Virus record (IMG/VR): IMGVR_UViG_3300046095_000185
Coordinates: 1-54,077 of that record
Origin: a virus
Lineage: Duplodnaviria; Caudoviricetes
Length of the DNA: 54,077 nucleotides
Direction: 5' to 3' (one strand)
A program made the translations under genes and the position numbers. Below, piece after piece: positions 9,336-18,467 of this stretch (position 1 is the stretch's first letter; each line of letters begins with the position of its first letter). The notes below the pieces were generated by a model, which was not told the DNA's origin, ran no database searches, and saw nothing but the letters and a program-made list of their open reading frames with translations.

Positions 9336-9986
9336 TTAATTTTTTAAATACCGTAAATTCTTTTTTCCGTTTTTCCTGTCAGGGCGGATAATTTCCTTAA
9401 ACTGACTGATACTTAACCCTAAATCTTTCATGCACTCATTTCGATTATTCCACAGCCGCCCCGTTAATATGCATTGGACTTTATAGCAAGATTTCTGTCT
9501 CTCGATTTTTGCTTTATTGAGTGCGCTAATTGATTTCGCTTTTTGCTCCGTGCTTTGTTTAACCCCTCGCTTTGCATCACTCATTTTCTTTTTTTCTTCC
9601 TCGGTCCTTGCTATTCCGTAATTCCAAGTTTTTTTACCATAGTTTGGGTTCCCGTTCCCTAGCTTAGCCTTACTTACCTTGCTTATAGTTTCTTGCGTTG
9701 GCTTATGGCCTGACATCCCTTGTCCTCCATATGTCATATTAACCAATACGCCACCGTTAATTTGTAGATCGTGCTTTTTAATATATTCAATTTCGATTTC
9801 GAAAGCTTGATCTTCCGTAAGGCCATCTGCTAATTTTATTCCGGCAAACCCATATTTATTAGCTACATTCTGCCAGTGCTTATTCCTTCCGTTTAAGGAG
9901 TTGATGCGATTACATTTCCCCTTGCCTATATAAAAGAACTTCTTTGTAATTGGGTTGATATGCGCGTACACATAATATTCACCCAT
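9336..9986 (-). CDS. GIY-YIG homing endonuclease with NUMOD3-like repeats
   Basis: YYVYAH...FYIGKG..R, E..YI, LVNMTYGGQG, ET..K.S.AK.G repeats. Confidence 0.85.
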   Translation of the reverse strand: MGEYYVYAHINPITKKFFYIGKGKCNRINSLNGRNKHWQNVANKYGFAGIKLADGLTEDQAFEIEIEYIKKHDLQINGGVLVNMTYGGQGMSGHKPTQETISKVSKAKLGNGNPNYGKKTWNYGIARTEEEKKKMSDAKRGVKQSTEQKAKSISALNKAKIERQKSCYKVQCILTGRLWNNRNECMKDLGLSISQFKEIIRPDRKNGKKNLRYLKN

Positions 9987-9999
9987 AATGATATGATTA

Positions 10000-10020
10000 A
10001 GCCCGGTTGTAAGCCGGGCT
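10000..10020 (-). terminator. Hairpin after the major capsid gene
   Basis: Inverted repeat AGCCCGG...CCGGGCT just downstream of the stop codon. Confidence 0.5.
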
Positions 10021-10025
10021 ATTGA

Positions 10026-11021
10026 TTAAACTAATTTGAATGTTACGATTTCATCAAGGAAGCCAACTTGCACGCCGAACCGGAAGCGCATTTTGAACCG
10101 CAGGAAATCATCGAACTGGTCGGGCATCATTACGAAATCTTCATAATCGCTTTCCAGATCGGTAGCTTCAACCATGTTTCCAAGCTGCAGACCAAACAAC
10201 CGGTTAGTTCCATCCAATCCATGAACGGCAGTCAGTTTGTAGTTCGTGCCCGGAATTATCACTACGCCGTTTGCCGCGCTCACCTCGCTGCCAGTAGGCG
10301 CAAAATTGAACAGGTTCTGATCGGTGAAGGCGTTGATGAATTTGTTGAACGTATCCCATCCACAGAAGATCCGGATATCATCCTTACCCATAATGTCCGC
10401 AGGGAATGCTAGCCATACTGAGTTGACGACTGCCTTTACATTTGCAAGGGTAATGCCGGTTGCGGTTGAAATAGACCCGCCGGTAATATAAGCCGCAGCG
10501 TTAGATAATACAGCACCAGCAACGGCATCGATGATTTTGATAAACCCGTCAAACTTGTTCAGGTTAACATCCACCGAAGTGGTATCACCTTTCCAGATTG
10601 CAATTTCAATCTGCTTGGCAACTGTGTTCGCTTTAAGCTCAGAGTACTCCTGCTCGAAAGGAAGTTTATTGTTGTTTGCTCCACGCGCCATTTTATTGGC
10701 TACATACTTTTTCTCCAGGTCATACACGCAGATATCCTCAACCACCGCAATCGTGCCGACTGTTATCTGACGTTGAGTAAGCGAAGTGTTACCGCTCGAT
10801 ACCCTTGTACAACCGGTGCCGTCCTGAAAGATGGCATCGGTAGCAAGGATGGAAATCTTTTCCGTTGACTTTACGCCCAACATAAGATTGCCTTCAGCGG
10901 CAATAAGGTCAGCAGTTTTGCCACCGAACAAAGATTTGGTAAGGAGTATCTCTTCATTCTCCTTAATGTAGTCTACCAGACCGGTGACATTTAATGCAAA
11001 CTCGCCTTTAACTTTGGCCAT
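10026..11021 (-). CDS. Major capsid protein
   Basis: 331 aa after protease and scaffold; IWKGDT...FDGFIK and terminal F.FGVQ.G..EIV pattern. Confidence 0.85.
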   Translation of the reverse strand: MAKVKGEFALNVTGLVDYIKENEEILLTKSLFGGKTADLIAAEGNLMLGVKSTEKISILATDAIFQDGTGCTRVSSGNTSLTQRQITVGTIAVVEDICVYDLEKKYVANKMARGANNNKLPFEQEYSELKANTVAKQIEIAIWKGDTTSVDVNLNKFDGFIKIIDAVAGAVLSNAAAYITGGSISTATGITLANVKAVVNSVWLAFPADIMGKDDIRIFCGWDTFNKFINAFTDQNLFNFAPTGSEVSAANGVVIIPGTNYKLTAVHGLDGTNRLFGLQLGNMVEATDLESDYEDFVMMPDQFDDFLRFKMRFRFGVQVGFLDEIVTFKLV

Positions 11022-11042
11022 GATATAAATAATTTAATGTGG

Positions 11043-11801
11043 TTACGCTAATGATTTTTGTTTCTTCAGGGCTTCGGCCATTTTTTGTAGGCGTTCTTCC
11101 CTGGCGCTCGTTTTATCGAACTTTGCCTTTTGCGATTCGGTAAGTGTTACCGGATCAGCAGTAGGCATTTCGACCAACTGCGTACACAGTTCGAACAGTC
11201 CGGTAATTGTTTCCTGCTGTTTTGTATTAATTGCTTTCTGTTCGTCGAGTGCGGTTTGAGATGAAGCCATAAGACTTGATACCTGCAGGGCGACGCTGTC
11301 TTTATACGCTTGCACAGCCGCATCTTCGGAAGCCTCACGGATTTGATAGCCGTAGTTGCATTCCATTAATGCCTTGCACATTGTTTCCAGGTTTCCGATC
11401 CTGTCTTCGGTCGAACCGGTAGCAAACTTTGCAAACATGATCTCCATCTGCGCCTGTGTGATCGGAACAGCGGGAGCGATTATGGCAGGGGCTGGTGGTA
11501 CGACAGGCGGCGCTGCCATTGCTGTATACACGGTGATCATTCCTGTTGCGTCAACTGTAATGGTCGAACCATCTTCCAGCGTGTAGGTATTAGCCGGAGC
11601 CGGAACGCCATTGATCATAACAGTATCACCGGCGGCGGGTAATTCACCAGCCTGGGTAATCGATAGCTCGGTAACACCGTCCTGCAGCTTGTATGTTTTC
11701 ATAACAGGGGCTGCCGGAACTGCTGGTGCAGCGGGTGGCGCTGGTGGCATTGGTAAATCAAATGCCGCTTTTATTTTCAGTAAAATTTCTTTCGCTGTCA
11801 T
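11043..11801 (-). CDS. Capsid scaffolding protein
   Basis: Pro/Ala-rich linkers, PAPANTYTLEDG motif, coiled-coil C-terminus; between protease and capsid genes. Confidence 0.7.
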   Translation of the reverse strand: MTAKEILLKIKAAFDLPMPPAPPAAPAVPAAPVMKTYKLQDGVTELSITQAGELPAAGDTVMINGVPAPANTYTLEDGSTITVDATGMITVYTAMAAPPVVPPAPAIIAPAVPITQAQMEIMFAKFATGSTEDRIGNLETMCKALMECNYGYQIREASEDAAVQAYKDSVALQVSSLMASSQTALDEQKAINTKQQETITGLFELCTQLVEMPTADPVTLTESQKAKFDKTSAREERLQKMAEALKKQKSLA

Positions 11802-11806
11802 GCTTA

Positions 11807-11832
11807 TAAATATTAGTCTTCGATAATTGTTT
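11807..11832 (-). promoter_or_regulatory. Putative late promoter AAACAA-N14-TATTTA
   Basis: Exact motif, 5 nt upstream of the scaffold ATG. Confidence 0.7.
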
Positions 11833-12421
11833 CGTTTATGAATCGTTCAATGAACTTCACAGCATCGTCGCTGGTCATCTTTACCTTTTTAACCGGCACA
11901 TAATTGAATAGCCCTTCCACACTGAAACCCTTTATGGTGCCAGCTTTCACGTTATCCCATACTGCTTGATTATTTACTTTTGCGGAGATGAACCAAGAGC
12001 CATCGGCAACATCTTCGAACCCGGTGAGCGGAGCTACACCCAGCTCTTTGTCAGTCACAAATGAGTTGAATATGGTCACATCGCTGACCTGCTGTTGTGC
12101 GTTATGAAAGAGGTTGAAGTTTTTGAGGTAACCCTTTGCGGAAAACTTTTCAACGATAGCTTGGATAGCTGCCTTGTCGAATATTACATAGTACTCACCG
12201 AGCTGATCGTCTTTACGGTACAGTGGCATATCGGCAATCATTGCCGCACCACTTATAATCCGTTTCTCTTCGTTCAAAACAAAGGCGGCTTTCTTTTGAT
12301 GATCCCTGAATGCCTGAAAGTTGCGCTCGATGGCCGGCCGGTCAACCAGCCCGATGTAGTTAACTTCAAGATCTGAGGTTATAGAAGGGTCGATTTGCGC
12401 CCGGTATACCTGTAGCTCCAT
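11813..12421 (-). CDS. Prohead serine protease (XkdF/S78-like)
   Basis: LVDRPAIE, EKRIISG..M, N..H, GSWF..K, IKGFSVEG. Confidence 0.85.
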   Translation of the reverse strand: MELQVYRAQIDPSITSDLEVNYIGLVDRPAIERNFQAFRDHQKKAAFVLNEEKRIISGAAMIADMPLYRKDDQLGEYYVIFDKAAIQAIVEKFSAKGYLKNFNLFHNAQQQVSDVTIFNSFVTDKELGVAPLTGFEDVADGSWFISAKVNNQAVWDNVKAGTIKGFSVEGLFNYVPVKKVKMTSDDAVKFIERFINETIIED

Positions 12422-12425
12422 ACTG

Positions 12426-12451
12426 TAAGTATTCAGGAGCCTGGCTTGTTT
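12426..12451 (-). promoter_or_regulatory. Putative late promoter AAACAA-N14-TACTTA
   Basis: Motif 4 nt upstream of the protease ATG. Confidence 0.65.
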
Positions 12452-12496
12452 CGTTTAGGGGATTATTGTATCTTTCGCGTTAAACTTAAAAGCTAT

Positions 12497-12796
12497 ATGA
12501 AATTTCTATTAACCATTATGATTATCAGTGTGTTATACAGTTGTTCAAATAACAATAATCTTACGACCCAATTACTGAATGAGAAGAAAGTTGTCGAAGA
12601 CAGCATAAAAGATTTCAGCAATTATGAATCATATTATACGCAAAAGGCAAAAGAAGAAATGCATACCTCACACGATTCTTTAAAATGGAAACCTATTTTG
12701 GACAGCTCAACCTATTACTTCAGCCAGGGCCATGCTTTAAAAGAAAAACTAAAAACCATTGAATTCTCCCTGGATAGTTTATCAAAGATGAAATAA
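12497..12796 (+). CDS. Lipoprotein moron, antisense to the structural operon
   Basis: MKFLLTIMIISVLYSC lipobox; AT-rich; upstream TATCTTTC resembles the host -7 element; start placed at ATG 12497. Confidence 0.75.
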   Translation: MKFLLTIMIISVLYSCSNNNNLTTQLLNEKKVVEDSIKDFSNYESYYTQKAKEEMHTSHDSLKWKPILDSSTYYFSQGHALKEKLKTIEFSLDSLSKMK

Positions 12797-15013
12797 CTAA
12801 CCACCCAACACCGCCGCCCCTTGTAACCTGGCGGCCCTATTCATAGCCTCTGCGCTATCCTGTTCCAAAACATATGCCCTGACCGCATTAACGCCACCGG
12901 CTGCCGCATTGCCAACTGCATTGATGCTATTAGCGTCGAGGCTGGTTGAGGTTTGTGTTGGCGCTATGGGAGCAGCAGCGACAGATACTGTAGTTGGCGC
13001 TGCTCCCCCCGCATCGCCTGCACCGGGTACTTTTGTTGCAATTATTTTCTTCACCGCATCGAGTCCGGTTTTTAATGCACCGGCTGCGGCTACAACGCCA
13101 AGCCCAATGCCGATTGGTCCGGGGATGGTTGTCACCATTCCTTTATAAGCACCTATAGCAGACTGATAAGTCTGTATTGTTGTCTGTGCAATAGCTAGGG
13201 CTTTACCTGCTACGGTTTGCTTTCCGGCAATATCTGCCAGGGTTCCGAATGTACTTGCGATGGCGCCGGCAATTGCCTCATTATGCGCCCGCTCTTGATC
13301 GCGTATTGATTGCCTGGCTGTGGATAATGCCGCAACCTTCGTGTTGTAATCCTGTTCGGTTATTAATTTATTATCGAAAGCAGTCTGAACCAATGCCTGT
13401 TCCTGGTTAACGGCCAATTGCTTTGCCTCAAAATCGAAATTCTTTTTTGCAATTTCGGCCTGTAGCCTTTGCTCTTCCAACGCAAACGCTTTCTTATCAT
13501 CTTCCTCCTTTAACTTCGCTTCCTTCGCAGCCTTATCAGCCCGGTACTGATCATCGAGTGCGGTTTGAATCTGCGCTAACTTGCCAGCATCATCTTTATA
13601 CTTCTCAATAGCCTGGGCCAGTTTTTCCTGGTAACCAATTTCAAGCTGAACAAGCTCCGATTGCCTGGTGTCTTTTATGCCGTCAATACGGATCTTGCCT
13701 GTTATGCCGGCCAACTCTTTTTGGAAGGCCGATTCTTTTGCTGCCACTTCCTTATTGCGCTTATCATCAATTGCGTCTTTCTGAATATTTGCCTGAATAT
13801 CGAGCGCTGCATTGAGCTGATTCAACTGTTCGCGGGTTATCTTTCTATCGTTAAAGGATAGTTGATTGACGCGCTTCTCATCGGCAATACGATTTTCCAG
13901 CGCCTTTAATTCTTTTTCATAACCATCTTTGATCAATGCCAGTTCATTATCCTGCTGAAGTTTGGTGAGCTTGTTAGTGAACTCAATGTATTCCTGTCTG
14001 CGTTTTTTAGCTTCATCGGCTGCCTTCTGTGCAGCAGCTTTCTGCTCTGCCAGTTCCTGTTTTTCAGCAGCGGTTACCTGTTTACCTATACGCCGAAGCT
14101 CATTTGCATTTTCGGTTTCGCCTTTAATCTGTTCAATCTTTATTTTATTGATCTCATCCTGATTCTTTCGGGCGCCATCTTTTTCCAGGGTAAGTTGTGC
14201 AATCTTATTTTCGGCAGTTCTCTTTGCCAGGTCGATGTCCTCTTTTGCATTTTTCTCTGCTTCTTCCTTTAATTCAAGTAGAGCTTTCTTTCTTTTTGCT
14301 AATGGTATGGTATCGTCGCCGGCCTGTTCCCGCAATATCGCTAATTTCTTTTCGCGTTCCGCCTGGTCAAGATCGTTTGCCAGTTGTTCTTTATGTAAGT
14401 CCTGCGCCTGCTTAGTCAGCTTAGCCATGGCCGTATACGCATCACCTGCGGCCTTCACCACTCCCTTAATTTCATCAACGGCCCCGCTAAAATCGAATGT
14501 AAAGAACTTTACCAGGGCGCTTGCCAGCCTTCCCATGTTATCGAATAGCGCCTGCGCAGCCGCTTTCAATCCGGCAAATACTTCCTCAACTTTTTGCGCC
14601 CCTTCAAATGTATTAGTAAACGCCTTATACAAAAGCGTAAGCGCTACAACGATAGCGGCAATCACCAACCCTACAGGATTTGCAAGTAACTTTTTAAACT
14701 GCGATTCAAGTCCTGCGACCCCTTGTCCAGCTGCACCTGTTGCCCCTGGTAATGCACCAAGCCCTTCCTTGATCTTACTAAAATGTCCGCTGGCTTCTTT
14801 GCCGCTGTCCGCCAAATGCTTATTCGCCTTCGCCAAATCTTCCTCAGCGGTCTTTAGTTTCTTGAAAGCAGCTACCTGTTCATCGCTTCCGGCCTTAGTG
14901 TTCGCCAGTTCCTTTTTAAGATCGGCTACGGCGCCCTTTAACTTCAATACGTTCTTTACCGCATCATCTGAATTGACGGATAGTGACGCTGCTATTATTT
15001 GAGTGTCGCTCAT
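12797..15013 (-). CDS. Tape measure protein
   Basis: 738 aa, Ala/Lys/Glu-rich helical; ANPVGLVIAAIV segment; follows the chaperone-like gene. Confidence 0.8.
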   Translation of the reverse strand: MSDTQIIAASLSVNSDDAVKNVLKLKGAVADLKKELANTKAGSDEQVAAFKKLKTAEEDLAKANKHLADSGKEASGHFSKIKEGLGALPGATGAAGQGVAGLESQFKKLLANPVGLVIAAIVVALTLLYKAFTNTFEGAQKVEEVFAGLKAAAQALFDNMGRLASALVKFFTFDFSGAVDEIKGVVKAAGDAYTAMAKLTKQAQDLHKEQLANDLDQAEREKKLAILREQAGDDTIPLAKRKKALLELKEEAEKNAKEDIDLAKRTAENKIAQLTLEKDGARKNQDEINKIKIEQIKGETENANELRRIGKQVTAAEKQELAEQKAAAQKAADEAKKRRQEYIEFTNKLTKLQQDNELALIKDGYEKELKALENRIADEKRVNQLSFNDRKITREQLNQLNAALDIQANIQKDAIDDKRNKEVAAKESAFQKELAGITGKIRIDGIKDTRQSELVQLEIGYQEKLAQAIEKYKDDAGKLAQIQTALDDQYRADKAAKEAKLKEEDDKKAFALEEQRLQAEIAKKNFDFEAKQLAVNQEQALVQTAFDNKLITEQDYNTKVAALSTARQSIRDQERAHNEAIAGAIASTFGTLADIAGKQTVAGKALAIAQTTIQTYQSAIGAYKGMVTTIPGPIGIGLGVVAAAGALKTGLDAVKKIIATKVPGAGDAGGAAPTTVSVAAAPIAPTQTSTSLDANSINAVGNAAAGGVNAVRAYVLEQDSAEAMNRAARLQGAAVLGG

Positions 15014-15720
15014 GCTAAACTTTTATTCGATTTTCTTAATTGCTCTGCCTCGTACCTTGCCTTTGCCTTCAGGTACACCAGGTCGTTAAAAGCTTGCCTG
15101 ACCGGTAGGGCAAACGCTTCGTCGTTGGTTATCCGTTCGTACTCCGCAACCTGGGAAGCTGAATAAATCCAGCCGTACCGCTTATTGAATACATCTTCCT
15201 GCACGTCACCAGATACTTCTTTATCAACACCGAATAAACCTTTGTACTCTTTGTTGAACTCTGCGAAGTTTTCTGTGATTCGATTCAGGGCGCCTATAAT
15301 TTTATCAATCGGTTGATCCAAAAAGTAACTCGCTTTCTTACGGTGATCGCTTGCTGTATGTTTTCTTAACCACCGGGTACCGATGGTCGCCATTACATAA
15401 TGCGCATGCTGAATTGGGCTGTTTGATAAAAAGAAAGCAAGCTCGATATATTGCCCGAATGTCATCTTTGAAATATCGTAGTTTATAAAGTATCTACCGA
15501 TCTTGTTAAAAGGCTTCGCATTAAACGGGGTTTCAAAAATAGATTGCACCTTGCTCATCATCTTAACTACTTTCTTCGGATCGGAATTATCTAACTGGAA
15601 TTCCGTCATATCAAAAACTATACATGCACTGAACAGCACCCGGTCAATGTCCGGTATTTCACGACTATTTATTTCTTCAATCTGTTGAAACTTTCCCAGT
15701 GTTATTTTATTCCAGTTCAT
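15010..15720 (-). CDS. Tail assembly chaperone-like protein
   Basis: Directly upstream of the tape measure gene; repeated ITLG.F/MTFGQY motif; RYGW C-terminal part. Confidence 0.6.
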   Translation of the reverse strand: MNWNKITLGKFQQIEEINSREIPDIDRVLFSACIVFDMTEFQLDNSDPKKVVKMMSKVQSIFETPFNAKPFNKIGRYFINYDISKMTFGQYIELAFFLSNSPIQHAHYVMATIGTRWLRKHTASDHRKKASYFLDQPIDKIIGALNRITENFAEFNKEYKGLFGVDKEVSGDVQEDVFNKRYGWIYSASQVAEYERITNDEAFALPVRQAFNDLVYLKAKARYEAEQLRKSNKSLA

Positions 15721-15721
15721 A

Positions 15722-16087
15722 TTAGTAGGTCTTATACAGTATCAAAAATCTTTCACCTGCACCACTAACAGCAGCGCCCAAAACAATGTCCGTATCGTTC
15801 CATGTAAATTCACTGCTATCTGGTGCCGAACCCACTTCGTATAATGGCCCGCTCTCCCTCATGATCAGTAGTATCGAATAACCCAATAACGCTGGTATTG
15901 TCAGCGTTGATCCTTCTGAGCCGGTCGCCACGTACTTTAATTTCTTTGTAGCATACACTTCCTTTGCCTGGGCAACGGTCATCTTTTCTGCGATGCCGGT
16001 TACCGGATCAGCCTGCGCTAATAGCCAGCTATCATTCTTAGCATGCGCATCGCTTATTGGATCGAGTTGATTTATTTTCTTGCTCAT
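15722..16087 (-). CDS. Small tail-tip/fibre adaptor protein
   Basis: N-terminal KKINQL motif; C-terminal domain shared with 4254-4964. Confidence 0.5.
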   Translation of the reverse strand: MSKKINQLDPISDAHAKNDSWLLAQADPVTGIAEKMTVAQAKEVYATKKLKYVATGSEGSTLTIPALLGYSILLIMRESGPLYEVGSAPDSSEFTWNDTDIVLGAAVSGAGERFLILYKTY

Positions 16088-16092
16088 GTTGC

Positions 16093-18300
16093 TTATTGAT
16101 AAAGTAATTCATTGCCTACGCCCGTATTAAAATCCAGCGTTTCGCCATCGGCCCACAATAGGTAATTACCAGTTGGCGGACTATCGCCATCACCGGCCTC
16201 CGTATAATTCGTGAAATTGACTTTTATTAATTCAACCTCGCAATCTGCTGGCTTTGAGGCGTTGTAATTTTTAATCGCATTCAACCGAAACAATACACCA
16301 TCCAGGTATATATATTTCGAGAAGTCCAATTCTAGTATATCCTTCGGTGTTAAATAGAAACTGCCCTCAAACAGTCTACTGTCTTTGTTGGTTATCTCGG
16401 CCATGTAGCCAGACCAGTAAACATTAAACTGGTTGTTGCTGAGGTTGCCAGTAGTTAGAACAAAAAACAATTCCCTGGTTGCGCCGAAATTAATATCATC
16501 GGTTGGCGCATCTGGATCATTGAAGTGTCCTGCATAACCATAACGAGTAAGTGTGTTTAAAACGGTTGCGCCATTTTTAATATCCCATAGTGCGACCCCG
16601 GTTATTTTCTTTGTTTGCAGAATGCGGATATTGCTATCGGTATTTTCTTCTACAACCGTTGGGGGATTACCGGTTTGCTTGAATATTGTGGAGTAAACTT
16701 TTTCTTCACCACCGTATCCTATCAATGGAGTTGCGCTGAATACGACCTCAAAAGATTTCTCTTGTTCGGTGAACTCAAACTCACTATCGTAGGTCTTGTC
16801 ACCATAACCTTCACTGTAGCGTTTCCGGTACAGGTCATTAAAGTAATCGCTGTCTGATTTAAATTTGAACTTATAAACCTTTGCATTTAGTTCTGACATC
16901 GGCTTTATTTTTAAAGCCTTATTCCGATTTAATTTATATGTCCAGTCTACCGAATTTTGATTATCGGTACTGTAATAATCAATGTAAGGCTTCAGGTATA
17001 TTAGGTTAGTATCAAAACGATCCTCATAAACATACAGGTTGAATATTTTCACGATGGCCAATAAGAAATCAATTTGCCGAATGTTCTTAGGAATGTTTTC
17101 GTTTAAAGTGACGGTGTCGCCTATTTGAATTGGGACGGCAACCGTTGCTCCACCTGCGGATGTCACATTAAAATCCGAAGTATCAAAATTTAGATTACTA
17201 ATTGAACTCGCAAACCCCTGCCCTATCCTAAACTCAATGGTATCTCCCGGAGCAATACTTATGTTAATGGTTGAAATTGGAGCCAGCACGAAAGGGCTTG
17301 TTGTAATAGCGTTTTCATGAACCGGCGTTAAGGATGCTTCTCCGTTTTTCCAAAGCATTACTGCTAGCTGATCAAAACCACCCCCGGACGTAAATGTTCC
17401 ATTGAAAGAATAATCAATTGTAACGTTCGTTGTTACTAGTCCGTTAAACGTGAACACTGTTTTATCCGGCCCAGCATTTGGAGTAAATCCTGATCCTATT
17501 GTTGTATTAAACCTTACGAGCGTTCCCCCTACATTGGAGAAGATCGGAAGCGCCGGCGGGGTGCCATAGTAAGTAGCGACACTATGAGCGGAAAATAAAT
17601 CGGTTAATGAAATCGTCATCACCTTCTTATTCGATGGTACCGCTAATTTCTTAAACCTCGTACTGTCAATCAGATCAGAGTTCCACCGAAAACCAGCAGC
17701 GGTAAACATCTTATCAATGTACTCACGTGCATAAAGAGCCGGGCGAAAAGTTTTTATATCCCAATCATGTTTATTAGTGCTATAAGTTCCGTAGTCTATC
17801 AGCGGGTAATATACACCACTGCCACCGGGGTTGTCCCAGCTTGCTACAATATTGCTATCATTGTAGATATGATCATATGCGCTAAAGTCCAGGTCTTCAA
17901 GCAGGCCGCCACTCAGCGCCACATTAAGCCCTGTTAACTTACCAGATATTGAAACCTCGTAATCCATCCGACCGTTAATGATATTGATCTGTAGCAGCCT
18001 GAGAACCCCCTTGAATGTCTGCATCTGATCCTGAAAGATTATGCAGTCGGCGGATTTAGCCGCATTGAAATTATAGCCTACGTTGTCTGAGGCTGCATTA
18101 AATTCATTGGCTTGTCCTATCTGAAATATATGTCCGAAATAATGGTTGTTTCGGCTGGTGCCCGGCATGACAATGGTCCTGCTCCATGTAGTTGAACGAG
18201 CAGAGAAATCCTTTATATCGTCAATGGCAAAGTTTAATAACGCCGAAATGTCGGTAGTTAAATCAAGCCTGAAATCTTCTAAATATAATTCGGTGTTCAT
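16093..18300 (-). CDS. Tail tip/hub protein
   Basis: 735 aa; LNFAIDDIKDF..R...SRTI..PGT..N, YPLIDYG, DWTYKL motifs; Ig-like insert. Confidence 0.7.
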   Translation of the reverse strand: MNTELYLEDFRLDLTTDISALLNFAIDDIKDFSARSTTWSRTIVMPGTSRNNHYFGHIFQIGQANEFNAASDNVGYNFNAAKSADCIIFQDQMQTFKGVLRLLQINIINGRMDYEVSISGKLTGLNVALSGGLLEDLDFSAYDHIYNDSNIVASWDNPGGSGVYYPLIDYGTYSTNKHDWDIKTFRPALYAREYIDKMFTAAGFRWNSDLIDSTRFKKLAVPSNKKVMTISLTDLFSAHSVATYYGTPPALPIFSNVGGTLVRFNTTIGSGFTPNAGPDKTVFTFNGLVTTNVTIDYSFNGTFTSGGGFDQLAVMLWKNGEASLTPVHENAITTSPFVLAPISTINISIAPGDTIEFRIGQGFASSISNLNFDTSDFNVTSAGGATVAVPIQIGDTVTLNENIPKNIRQIDFLLAIVKIFNLYVYEDRFDTNLIYLKPYIDYYSTDNQNSVDWTYKLNRNKALKIKPMSELNAKVYKFKFKSDSDYFNDLYRKRYSEGYGDKTYDSEFEFTEQEKSFEVVFSATPLIGYGGEEKVYSTIFKQTGNPPTVVEENTDSNIRILQTKKITGVALWDIKNGATVLNTLTRYGYAGHFNDPDAPTDDINFGATRELFFVLTTGNLSNNQFNVYWSGYMAEITNKDSRLFEGSFYLTPKDILELDFSKYIYLDGVLFRLNAIKNYNASKPADCEVELIKVNFTNYTEAGDGDSPPTGNYLLWADGETLDFNTGVGNELLYQ

Positions 18301-18467
18301 TAATTAGTATTCTTAATAAGTTCTGCAGCTTTCTCAAATACTTCTCTGCCATCAAAAGAATTATGAACCCAAACCCCATCTTTTAAAATTGGGTTGCAAT
18401 GACAAGTCGGTAAAGAATCGTGATCCTTTATATCATTCGTCGGTATAACATGTAGAGGTTTATTCAT
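18300..18467 (-). CDS. 55-aa His/Cys protein (HVIP.ND..DH...CHCNP...HNSFDGRE)
   Basis: Not in the ORF track; fills the gap exactly with ATGA and TAATG overlaps. Confidence 0.75.
   Translation of the reverse strand: MNKPLHVIPTNDIKDHDSLPTCHCNPILKDGVWVHNSFDGREVFEKAAELIKNTN

Noticed and set aside
5629-9986. Group I introns around the GIY-YIG genes
   Set aside because: Flanking genes end in normal stops and the spacers are too short for an intron core
11026-11051. Fifth late promoter before the capsid gene
   Set aside because: TATTTA is present 4 nt before the ATG but AAACAA is missing at the 14-nt spacing
14235-15002. 255-aa plus-strand ORF and the other long antisense ORFs (e.g. 6676-7302, 26293-26808, 51295-51780)
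   Set aside because: Shadows of well-supported minus-strand genes, with no recognisable motifs
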